This document shows, in pieces, positions 13,801-26,959 of a stretch of 64,000 nt of DNA. The notes under the pieces are model-generated. The model had not been told where the DNA came from. It worked only from the letters and a program-made list of their open reading frames with translations, and did no database searches. The first letter of the stretch is position 1, and every line of letters begins with the position of its first letter. The position numbers and the translations under genes were made by a program. Source of the stretch: Auanema rhodensis (taxonomy: Eukaryota; Animalia; Nematoda); the NCBI GenBank assembly GCA_964057225.1, contig OZ059899.1:17980001-18044000 (forward strand), read 5' to 3'.

Positions 13801-16800
13801 TAAATTAAAGTTCACGTAAATTTCAAAGTCATGGTTACCATGCACCAATATCAATAAAAATTTGTTTTAAGACTAATATGGACATGGGGAATCTAATTTT
13901 GAAAACCGCATCTCTTTATCTTTCACGTGAAGCAAGTTACATACCAAGTGCACATCACGTGTACATTTAATTAGCATAAATTAAAGTTCACGTAAATTTC
14001 AAAGTCATGGTTACCATGAACCAATATCAATAAAAATTTGTTTTTAGACTAATATGGACATGGGGAATCTAATTTTGAAAACCGCATCTCTTTATCTTCC
14101 ACGTGAAGCGAGTTACATACCAAGTGCACACCGCGTGTACATTTAATTAGCATAAATTGAAGTTCACGTAAATTTCAAAGTCATGGTTACCATGCACCAA
14201 TATCAATAAAAATTTGTTTTTAGACTAATATGGACATGGGGAATCTAATTGTGAAAACCGCATCTCCTTATCTTTCACGTGAAGCGAGTTACATACCAAG
14301 TGCACATCACTTGTACATTTAATTAGCATAAATTAAAGTTCACGTAAATTTCAAAGTTATGGTTACCATGCACCAATATCAATAAAAATTTGTTTTAAGA
14401 CTAATATGGACATGGGGAATCTAATTTTGAAAACCGCATCTCTTTATCTTTCACGTGAAGCAAGTTACATACCAAGTGCACATCACGTGTACATTTAATT
14501 AGCATAAATTAAAGTTCACGTAAATTTCAAAGTCATGGTTACCATGCACCAATATCAATAAAAATTTGTTTTAAGACTAATATGGACATGGGGAATCTAA
14601 TTTTGAAAACGGCATCTCTTTATCTTTCACGTGAAGCGAGTTACATACCAAGTGCACATCACGTGTACATTTAATTAGCATAAATTAAAGTTCACGTAGA
14701 TTTCAAAGTCATGGTTACCATGCACCAATATCAATAAAAATTTGTTTTTAGACTAATATGGACATGGGGAATCTAATTGTGAAAACCGCATCTCCTTATC
14801 TTTCACGTGAAGCGAGTTACATACCGAGTGCACACCACGTGTACATTTAATTAGCATAAATTAAAGTTCACGTAAATTTCAAAGTCATGGTTACCATGCA
14901 CCAATATCAATAAAAATTTGTTTTTAGACTAATATGGACATGGGGAATCTAAGTTTAAAAACCGCATCTCTTTATCTTTCACGTGAAGCGAGTTACATAC
15001 CGAGTGCACACCACGTGTACATTTAATTAGCATAAATTAAAGTTCACGTAAATTTCAAAGTCATGGTTACCATGCACCAATATCAAAAAAAATTTGTTTT
15101 TAGACTAATATGGACATGGGGAGTCTAATTTTAAAAACCGCATCTCTTTATCTTTCACGTGAAGCGAGTTACATACCGAGTGCACACCACGTGTACATTT
15201 AATTAGCATAAATTAAAGTTCACGTAAAATTCAAAGTCATGGTTACCATGCACCAATATCAATAAAAACTTGTTTTTAGACTAATATGGACATGGGGAAT
15301 CTATTTTTGAAAACCGCATCTCTTTATCTTTCACGTGAAGCGAGTTACATACCGAGTGCACACCACGTGTACGTTTAATTAGCATAAATTAAAGTTCACG
15401 TAAAATTCAAAGTCATGGTTACCATGCACCAATATCAATAAAAATTTGTTTTTAGACTAATATGGACATGGGGAATCTAATTTTGAAAACCGCATCTCTT
15501 TATCTTTCACGTGAAGCGAGTTACATACCGAGTGCACACCATGTGTACATTTAATTAGCATAAATTAAAGTTCACGTAAATTTCAAAATCATGGTTACCA
15601 TGCACCAATATCAGTAAAAAACTGTTTTTAGACTAATATGGACATGGGGAATCTAATTTTGGAAACCGCATCTCTTTTTCTTTCACGTGAAGCGAGATAC
15701 ATACCGAGTGCACACCACGTGTACATTTATGTAGCATAAAATAAAGTTCACGTAAATTTCAAAGTCATGGTTACCATGCACCAATATCAATAAAAATTTG
15801 TTTTTAGACTAATATGGACATGGGGAATCTAAGTTTAAAAACCGCATCTCTTTATCTTTCACGTGAAGCGAGTTACATACCAAGTGCACATCACTTGTAC
15901 ATTTAATTAGCATAAATTAAAGTTCACGTAAATTTCAAAGTTATGGTTACCATGCACCAATATCAATAAAAATTTGTTTTTAGACTAATATGGACATGGG
16001 GAATCTAATTTTGAAAACCGCATCTCTTTATCTTACACGTGAAGCGAGTTACATACCGAGTGCACACCACGTGTACGTTTAATTAGCATAAATTAAAGTT
16101 CACGTAAATTTCAAAATCATGGTTACCATGCACCAATATCAGTAAAAAACTGTTTTTAGACTAATATGGACATGGGGAATCTAATTTTGGAAACCGCATC
16201 TCTTTATCTTTCACGTGAAGCGAGATACATACCGAGTGTACACCACGTGTACATTTAATTAGCATAAATTAAAGTTCACGTAAATTTCAAAGTCATGGTT
16301 ACCATGCACCAATATCAATAAAAATTTGTTTTAAGACTAATATGGACATGGGGAATCTAATTTTGAAAACCGCATCTCTTTATCTTTCACGTGAAGCAAG
16401 TTACATACCAAGTGCACATCACGTGTACATTTAATTAGCATAAATTAAAGTTCACGTAAATTTCAAAGTCATGGTTACCATGAACCAATATCAATAAAAA
16501 TTTGTTTTTAGACTAATATGGACATGGGGAATCTAATTTTGAAAACCGCATCTCTTTATCTTTCACGTGAAGCGAGTTACATACCAAGTGCACACCGCGT
16601 GTACATTTAATTAGCATAAATTGAAGTTCACGTAAATTTCAAAGTCATGGTTACCATGCACCAATATCAATAAAAATTTGTTTTTAGACTAATATGGACA
16701 TGGGGAATCTAATTGTGAAAACCGCATCTCCTTATCTTTCACGTGAAGCGAGTTACATACCAAGTGCACATCACTTGTACATTTAATTAGCATAAATTAA

Positions 16801-19800
16801 AGTTCACGTAAAATTCAAAGTCATGGTTACCATGCACCAATATCAATAAAAATTTGTTTTTAGACTAATATGGACATGGGGAATCTAATTTTGAAAACCG
16901 CATCTCTTTATCTTTCACGTGAAGCGAGTTACATACCGAGTGCACACCATGTGTACATTTAATTAGCATAAATTAAAGTTCACGTAAATTTGAAAATCAT
17001 GGTTACCATGCACCAATATCAGTAAAAAACTGTTTTTAGACTAATATGGACATGGGGAATCTAATTTTGGAAACCGCATCTCTTTTTCTTTCACGTGAAG
17101 CGAGATACATACCGAGTGCACACCACGTGTACATTTATGTAGCATAAAATAAAGTTCACGTAAATTTCAAAGTCATGGTTACCATGCACCAATATCGATA
17201 AAAATTTGTTTTTAGACTAATATGGACATGGGGAATCTAATTGGGAAAACCTCATCTCTTTATCTTTCACGTGAAGCGAGTTACATACCGGGTGCACACC
17301 ACGTGTACATTTAATTAGCATAAATTAAAGTTCACGTAAATTTCAAAGTCATGGTTACCATGCACCAATATCAATAAAAATTTGTTTTAAGACTAATATG
17401 GACATGGGGAATCTAATTTTGAAAACCGCATCTCTTTATCTTTCACGTGAAGCAAGTTACATACCAAGTGCACATCACGTGTACATTTAATTAGCATAAA
17501 TTAAAGTTCACGTAAATTTCAAAGTCATGGTTACCATGCACCAATATCGATAAAAATTTGTTTTTAGACTAATATGGACATGGGGAATCTAATTGGGAAA
17601 ACCTCATCTCTTTATCTTTCACGTGAAGCGAGTTACATACCAAGTGCACACCACGTGTACATTTATGTAGCATAAAATAAAGTTCACGTAAATTTCAAAG
17701 TCATGGTTACCATGCACCAATATCGATAAAAATTTGTTTTTAGACTAATATGGACATGGGGAATCTAATTGGGAAAACCTCATCTCTTTATCTTTCACGT
17801 GAAGCGAGTTACATACCGGGTGCACACCACGTGTACATTTAATTAGCATAAATTAAAGTTCACGTAAATTTCAAAGTCATGGTTACCATGCACCAATATC
17901 AATAAAAATTTGTTTTAAGACTAATATGGACATGGGGAATCTAATTTTGAAAACCGCATCTCTTTATCTTTCACGTGAAGCAAGTTACATACCAAGTGCA
18001 CATCACGTGTACATTTAATTAGCATAAATTAAAGTTCACGTAAATTTCAAAGTCATGGTTACCATGCACCAATATCAATAAAAATTTGTTTTAAGACTAA
18101 TATGGACATGGGGAATCTAATTTTGAAAACCGCATCTCTTTATCTTTCACGTGAAGCAAGTTACATACCAAGTGCACATCACGTGTACATTTAATTAGCA
18201 TAAATTAAAGTTCACGTAAATTTCAAAGTCATGGTTACCATGCACCAATATCAATAAAAATTTGTTTTTAGACTAATATGGACATGGGGAATCTAATTGT
18301 GAGAACTGCATCTCTTTATCTTTCACGTGAAGCGAGTTACATACCAAGTGCACATCACGTGTACATTTAATTAGCATAAATTAAAGTTCACGTAAATTTC
18401 AAAGTCATGGTTACCATGCACCAATATCAATAAAAATTTGTTTTTAGACTAATATGGACATGGGGAATCTAATTTTGAGAACTGCATCTCTTTATCTTTC
18501 ACGTGAAGCGAGTTACATACCAAGTGCACATCACGTGTACATTTAATTAGCATAAATTAAAGTTCACGTAAATTTCAAAGTCATGGTTACCATGCACCAA
18601 TATCAATAAAAATTTGTTTTTAGACTAATATGGACATGGGGAATCTAATTTCGAAAACCGCATCTTTTTATCTTTCACGTGAAGCGAGATACATACCGAG
18701 TGCACACCACGTGTACATTTATGTAGCATAAAATAAAGTTCACGTAAATTTCAAAGTCATGGTTACCATGCACCAATATCAATAAAAATTTGTTTTTAGA
18801 CTAATATGGACATGGGGAATCTAATTTTGAGAACTGCATCTCTTTATCTTTCACGTGAAGCGAGTTACATACCAAGTGCACACCATGTGTACATTTAATT
18901 AGCATAAATTAAAGTTCACGTAAATTTGAAAATCATGGTTACCATGCACCAATATCAGTAAAAAACTGTTTTTAGACTAATATGGACATGGGGAATCTAA
19001 TTTTGGAAACCGCATCTCTTTTTCTTTCACGTGAAGCGAGATACATACCGAGTGCACACCACGTGTACATTTATGTAGCATAAAATAAAGTTCACGTAAA
19101 TTTCAAAGTCATGGTTACCATGCACCAATATCGATAAAAATTTGTTTTTAGACTAATATGGACATGGGGAATCTTATTTTGGAAACCGCATCTCTTTATC
19201 TTTCACGTGAAGCGAGATACATACCGAGTGCACACCACGTGTACATTTATGTAGCATAAAATAAAGTTCACGTAAATTTCAAAATCATGGTTACCATGCA
19301 CCAATATCAGTAAAAAACTGTTTTTAGACTAATATGGACATGGGGAATCTAATTTTGGAAACCGCATCTCTTTATCTTTCACGTGAAGCGAGATACATAC
19401 CGAGTGCACACCACGTGTACATTTATGTAGCATAAAATAAAGTTCACGTAAATTTCAAAGTCATGGTTACCATGCACCAATATCAATAAAAATTTGTTTT
19501 TAGACTAATATGGACATGGGGAATCTAATTTTGAGAACTGCATCTCTTTATCTTTCACGTGAAGCGAGTTACATACCAAGTGCACATCACGTGTACATTT
19601 AATTAGCATAAATTAAAGTTCACGTAAATTTCAAAGTCATGGTTACCATGCACCAATATCAATAAAAATTTGTTTTAAGACTAATATGGACATGGGGAAT
19701 CTAATTTTGAAAACCGCATCTCTTTATCTTTCACGTGAAGCAAGTTACATACCAAGTGCACATCACGTGTACATTTAATTAGCATAAATTAAAGTTCACG

Positions 19801-22394
19801 TAAATTTCAAAGTCATGGTTACCATGCACCAATATCAATAAAAATTTGTTTTTAGACTAATATGGACATGGGGAATCTAATTTTGAGAACTGCATCTCTT
19901 TATCTTTCACGTGAAGCGAGTTACATACCAAGTGCACATCACGTGTACATTTAATTAGCATAAATTAAAGTTCACGTAAATTTCAAAGTCATGGTTACCA
20001 TGCACCAATATCAATAAAAATTTGTTTTTAGACTAATATGGACATGGGGAATCTAATTTCGAAAACCGCATCTCTTTATCTTTCACGTGAAGCGAGTTAC
20101 ATACCGAGTGCACACCATGTGTACATTTAATTAGCATAAATTAAAGTTCACGTAAATTTCAAAATCATGGTTACCATGCACCAATATCAGTAAAAAACTG
20201 TTTTTAGACTAATATGGACATGGGGAATCTAATTTTGGAAACCGCATCTCTTTATCTTTCACGTGAAGCGAGTTACATACCAAGTGCACATCACTTGTAC
20301 ATTTAATTAGCATAAATTAAAGTTCACGTAAATTTCAAAATCATGGTTACCATGCACCAATATCAGTAAAAAACTGTTTTTAGACTAATATGGACATGGG
20401 GAATCTAATTTTGGAAACCGCATCTCTTTATCTTTCACGTGAAGCGAGATACATACCGAGTGTACACCACGTGTACATTTAATTAGCATAAATTAAAGTT
20501 CACGTAGATTTCAAAGTCATGGTTACCATGCACCAATATCAATAAAAATTTGTTTTTAGACTAATATGGACATGGGGAATCTAATTGTGAAAACCGCATC
20601 TCCTTATCTTTCACGTGAAGCGAGTTACATACCGAGTGCACACCACGTGTACATTTAATTAGCATAAATTAAAGTTCACGTAAATTTCAAAATCATGGTT
20701 ACCATGCACCAATATCAGTGAAAATTTGTTTTTAGACTAATATGGACATGAAGAATCTAATTTTGAGAACTGCATCTCTTTATCTTTCACGTGAAGCGAG
20801 TTACATACCAAGTGCACATCACGTGTACATTTAATTAGCATAAATTAAAGTTCACGTAAATTTCAAAGTCATGGTTACCATGCACCAATATCAATAAAAA
20901 TTTGTTTCTAGACTAATATGGACATGGGGAATCTAATTTTGAGAACTGCATCTTTTTATCTTTCACGTGAAGCGAGTTACATACCAAGTGCACATCACTT
21001 GTACATTTAATTAGCATAAATTAAAGTTCACGTAAATTTCAAAGTCATGGTTACCATGCACCAATATCAGTAAAAAATTGTTTTCAGACTAATATGGACA
21101 TGGGGAATCTAATTTTAAAAACCGCATCTCTTTATCTTTCACGTGAAGCGAGTTACATACGGAGTGCACACCACGTGTACATTTAATTAGCATAAATTAA
21201 AGTTCACGTAAATTTCAAAGTCATGGTTACCATGCACCAATATCAATAAAAATTTGTTTTTAGACTAATATGGACATGGGGAATCTAATTTTGAAAACGG
21301 CATCTCTTTATCTTTCACGTGAAGCGAGTTACATACCAAGTGCACATCACGTGTACATTTAATTAGCATAAATTAAAGTTCACGTAGATTTCAAAGTCAT
21401 GGTTACCATGCACCAATATCAATAAAAATTTGTTTTTAGACTAATATGGACATGGGGAATCTAATTGTGAAAACCGCATCTCCTTATCTTTCACGTGAAG
21501 CGAGTTACATACCAAGTGCACATCACTTGTACATTTAATTAGCATAAATTAAAGTTCACGTAAATTTCAAAGTCATGGTTACCATGCACCAATATCAGTA
21601 AAAAATTGTTTTCAGACTAATATGGACATGGGGAATCTAATTTTAAAAACCGCATCTCTTTATCTTTCACGTGAAGCGAGTTACATACGGAGTGCACACC
21701 ACGTGTACATTTAATTAGCATAAATTAAAGTTCACGTAAAATTCAAAGTCATGGTTACCATGCACCAATATCAATAAAAATTTGTTTTTAGACTAATATG
21801 GACATGGGGAATCTAATTTTGAAAACGGCATCTCTTTATCTTTCACGTGAAGCGAGTTACATACCAAGTGCACATCACGTGTACATTTAATTAGCATAAA
21901 TTAAAGTTCACGTAGATTTCAAAGTCATGGTTACCATGCACCAATATCAATAAAAATTTGTTTTTAGACTAATATGGACATGGGGAATCTAATTGTGAAA
22001 ACCGCATCTCCTTATCTTTCACGTGAAGCGAGTTACATACCAAGTGCACATCACTTGTACATTTAATTAGCATAAATTAAAGTTCACGTAAATTTCAAAG
22101 TCATGGTTACCATGCACCAATATCAGTAAAAAATTGTTTTCAGACTAATATGGACATGGGGAATCTAATTTTAAAAACCGCATCTCTTTATCTTTCACGT
22201 GAAGCGAGTTACATACCGAGTGCACACCACGTGTACATTTAATTAGCATAAATTAAAGTTCACGTAAAATTCAAAGTCATGGTTACCATGCACCAATATC
22301 AATAAAAACTTGTTTTTAGACTAATATGGACATGGGGAATCTATTTTTAAAAACCGCATCTCTTTATCTTTCACGTGAAGCGAGTTACATACCG

Positions 22395-25300
22395 AGTGCA
22401 CATCACTTGTACATTTAATTAGCATAAATTAAAGTTCACGTAAATTTCAAAGTCATGGTTACCATGCACCAATATCAGTAAAAAATTGTTTTCAGACTAA
22501 TATGGACATGGGGAATCTAATTTTAAAAACCGCATCTCTTTATCTTTCACGTGAAGCGAGTTACATACCGAGTGCACACCACGTGTACATTTAATTAGCA
22601 TAAATTAAAGTTCACGTAAATTTCAAAGTCATGGTTACCATGCACCAATATCAATAAAAATTTGTTTTTAGACTAATATGGACATGGGGAGTCTAATTTT
22701 AAAAACCGCATCTCTTTATCTTTCACGTGAAGCGAGTTACATACCGAGTGCACACCACGTGTACATTTAATTAGCATAAATTAAAGTTCACGTAAAATTC
22801 AAAGTCATGGTTACCATGCACCAATATCAATAAAAACTTGTTTTTAGACTAATATGGACATGGGGAATCTATTTTTGAAAACCGCATCTCTTTATCTTTC
22901 ACGTGAAGCGAGTTACATACCGAGTGCACACCACGTGTACGTTTAATTAGCATAAATTAAAGTTCACGTAAAATTCAAAGTCATGGTTACCATGCACCAA
23001 TATCAATAAAAATTTGTTTTTAGACTAATATGGACATGGGGAATCTAATTTTGAAAACCGCATCTCTTTATCTTTCACGTGAAGCGAGTTACATACCGAG
23101 TGCACACCATGTGTACATTTAATTAGCATAAATTAAAGTTCACGTAAATTTCAAAATCATGGTTACCATGCACCAATATCAGTAAAAAACTGTTTTTAGA
23201 CTAATATGGACATGGGGAATCTAATTTTGGAAACCGCATCTCTTTTTCTTTCACGTGAAGCGAGATACATACCGAGTGCACACCACGTGTACATTTATGT
23301 AGCATAAAATAAAGTTCACGTAAATTTCAAAGTCATGGTTACCATGCACCAATATCGATAAAAATTTGTTTTTAGACTAATATGGACATGGGGAATCTAA
23401 TTTTGAGAACTGCATCTCTTTATCTTTCACGTGAAGCGAGTTACATACCAAGTGCACATCACTTGTACATTTAATTAGCATAAATTAAAGTTCACGTAAA
23501 TTTCAAAGTTATGGTTACCATGCACCAATATCAATAAAAATTTGTTTTAAGACTAATATGGACATGGGGAATCTAATTTTGAAAACCGCATCTCTTTATC
23601 TTTCACGTGAAGCAAGTTACATACCAAGTGCACATCACGTGTACATTTAATTAGCATAAATTAAAGTTCACGTAAATTTCAAAGTCATGGTTACCATGCA
23701 CCAATATCAATAAAAATTTGTTTTAAGACTAATATGGACATGGGGAATCTAATTTTGAAAACCGCATCTCTTTATCTTTCACGTGAAGCAAGTTACATAC
23801 CAAGTGCACATCACGTGTACATTTAATTAGCATAAATTAAAGTTCACGTAAATTTCAAAGTCATGGTTACCATGAACCAATATCAATAAAAATTTGTTTT
23901 TAGACTAATATGGACATGGGGAATCTAATTTTGAAAACCGCATCTCTTTATCTTTCACGTGAAGCGAGTTACATACCAAGTGCACACCGCGTGTACATTT
24001 AATTAGCATAAATTGAAGTTCACGTAAATTTCAAAGTCATGGTTACCATGCACCAATATCAATAAAAATTTGTTTTTAGACTAATATGGACATGGGGAAT
24101 CTAATTGTGAAAACCGCATCTCCTTATCTTTCACGTGAAGCGAGTTACATACCAAGTGCACATCACTTGTACATTTAATTAGCATAAATTAAAGTTCACG
24201 TAAAATTCAAAGTCATGGTTACCATGCACCAATATCAATAAAAATTTGTTTTTAGACTAATATGGACATGGGGAATCTAATTTTGAAAACCGCATCTCTT
24301 TATCTTTCACGTGAAGCGAGTTACATACCGAGTGCACACCATGTGTACATTTAATTAGCATAAATTAAAGTTCACGTAAATTTCAAAATCATGGTTACCA
24401 TGCACCAATATCAGTAAAAAACTGTTTTTAGACTAATATGGACATGGGGAATCTAATTTTAAAAACCGCATCTCTTTATCTTTCACGTGAAGCGAGTTAC
24501 ATACCAAGTGCACATCACGTGTACATTTAATTAGCATAAATTAAAGTTCACGTAAATTTCAAAGTCATGGTTACCATGCACCAATATCAGTAAAAAATTG
24601 TTTTCAGACTAATATGGACATGGGGAATCTAATTTTAAAAACCGCATCTCTTTATCTTTCACGTGAAGCGAGTTACATACGGAGTGCACACCACGTGTAC
24701 ATTTAATTAGCATAAATTAAAGTTCACGTAAATTTCAAAGTCATGGTTACCATGCACCAATATCAATAAAAATTTGTTTTTAGACTAATATGGACATGGG
24801 GAATCTAATTTTGAAAACGGCATCTCTTTATCTTTCACGTGAAGCGAGTTACATACCAAGTGCACATCACGTGTACATTTAATTAGCATAAATTAAAGTT
24901 CACGTAGATTTCAAAGTCATGGTTACCATGCACCAATATCAATAAAAATTTGTTTTTAGACTAATATGGACATGGGGAATCTAATTGTGAAAACCGCATC
25001 TCCTTATCTTTCACGTGAAGCGAGTTACATACCAAGTGCACATCACTTGTACATTTAATTAGCATAAATTAAAGTTCACGTAAATTTCAAAGTCATGGTT
25101 ACCATGCACCAATATCAGTAAAAAATTGTTTTCAGACTAATATGGACATGGGGAATCTAATTTTAAAAACCGCATCTCTTTATCTTTCACGTGAAGCGAG
25201 TTACATACCGAGTGCACACCACGTGTACATTTAATTAGCATAAATTAAAGTTCACGTAAATTTCAAAGTCATGGTTACCATGCACCAATATCAATAAAAA

Positions 25301-26959
25301 TTTGTTTTTAGACTAATATGGACATGGGGAGTCTAATTTTAAAAACCGCATCTCTTTATCTTTCACGTGAAGCGAGTTACATACCGAGTGCACACCACGT
25401 GTACATTTAATTAGCATAAATTAAAGTTCACGTAAAATTCAAAGTCATGGTTACCATGCACCAATATCAATAAAAACTTGTTTTTAGACTAATATGGACA
25501 TGGGGAATCTATTTTTGAAAACCGCATCTCTTTATCTTTCACGTGAAGCGAGTTACATACCGAGTGCACACCACGTGTACGTTTAATTAGCATAAATTAA
25601 AGTTCACGTAAAATTCAAAGTCATGGTTACCATGCACCAATATCAATAAAAATTTGTTTTTAGACTAATATGGACATGGGGAATCTAATTTTGAAAACCG
25701 CATCTCTTTATCTTTCACGTGAAGCGAGTTACATACCGAGTGCACACCATGTGTACATTTAATTAGCATAAATTAAAGTTCACGTAAATTTCAAAATCAT
25801 GGTTCCCATGTCCATATTAGTCTAAAAAACTGTTTTTAGACTAATATGGACATGGGGAATCTAATTTTGGAAACCGCATCTCTTTTTCTTTCACGTGAAG
25901 CGAGATACATACCGAGTGCACACCACGTGTACATTTATGTAGCATAAAATAAAGTTCACGTAAATTTCAAAGTCATGGTTACCATGCACCAATATCGATA
26001 AAAATTTGTTTTTAGACTAATATGGACATGGGGAATCTAATTGGGAAAACCTCATCTCTTTATCTTTCACGTGAAGCGAGTTACATACCAAGTGCACATC
26101 ACTTGTACATTTAATTAGCATAAATTAAAGTTCACGTAAATTTCAAAGTCATGGTTACCATGCACCAATATCAATAAAAATTTGTTTTAAGACTAATATG
26201 GACATGGGGAATCTAATTTTGAAAACCGCATCTCTTTATCTTTCACGTGAAGCAAGTTACATACCAAGTGCACATCACGTGTACATTTAATTAGCATAAA
26301 TTAAAGTTCACGTAAATTTCAAAGTCATGGTTACCATGCACCAATATCAATAAAAATTTGTTTTAAGACTAATATGGACATGGGGAATCTAATTTTGAAA
26401 ACCGCATCTCTTTATCTTTCACGTGAAGCAAGTTACATACCAAGTGCACATCACGTGTACATTTAATTAGCATAAATTAAAGTTCACGTAAATTTCAAAG
26501 TCATGGTTACCATGAACCAATATCAATAAAAATTTGTTTTTAGACTAATATGGACATGGGGAATCTAATTTTGGAAACCGCATCTCTTTATCTTTCACGT
26601 GAAGCGAGTTACATACCAAGTGCACACCGCGTGTACATTTAATTAGCATAAATTGAAGTTCACGTAAATTTCAAAGTCATGGTTACCATGCACCAATATC
26701 AATAAAAATTTGTTTTTAGACTAATATGGACATGGGGAATCTAATTGTGAAAACCGCATCTCCTTATCTTTCACGTGAAGCGAGTTACATACCAAGTGCA
26801 CATCACTTGTACATTTAATTAGCATAAATTAAAGTTCACGTAAAATTCAAAGTCATGGTTACCATGCACCAATATCAATAAAAATTTGTTTTTAGACTAA
26901 TATGGACATGGGGAATCTAATTTTGAAAACCGCATCTCTTTATCTTTCACGTGAAGCGA
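22395..26959 (-). repeat. 15-monomer (2640-bp) higher-order duplication
   Basis: An ordered series of variants (TTCAGAC, GGGAGTCT, AAAACTTG, TCTATTTT, GTACGTTT, AGATAC, ATCGAT, GCAAG, ATGAACC, CCGCGT, TCTCCTT) is shared between about 22400-24320 and about 25040-26960. Confidence 0.88.
25805..25856. repeat. Perfect 24-bp inverted repeat with a 4-nt loop in one aberrant 176-bp monomer
   Basis: CCCATGTCCATATTAGTCTAAAAA (25805-25828), loop ACTG, TTTTTAGACTAATATGGACATGGG (25833-25856). Normal monomers read ACCATGCACCAATATCAG at the first 18 positions. Confidence 0.97.
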
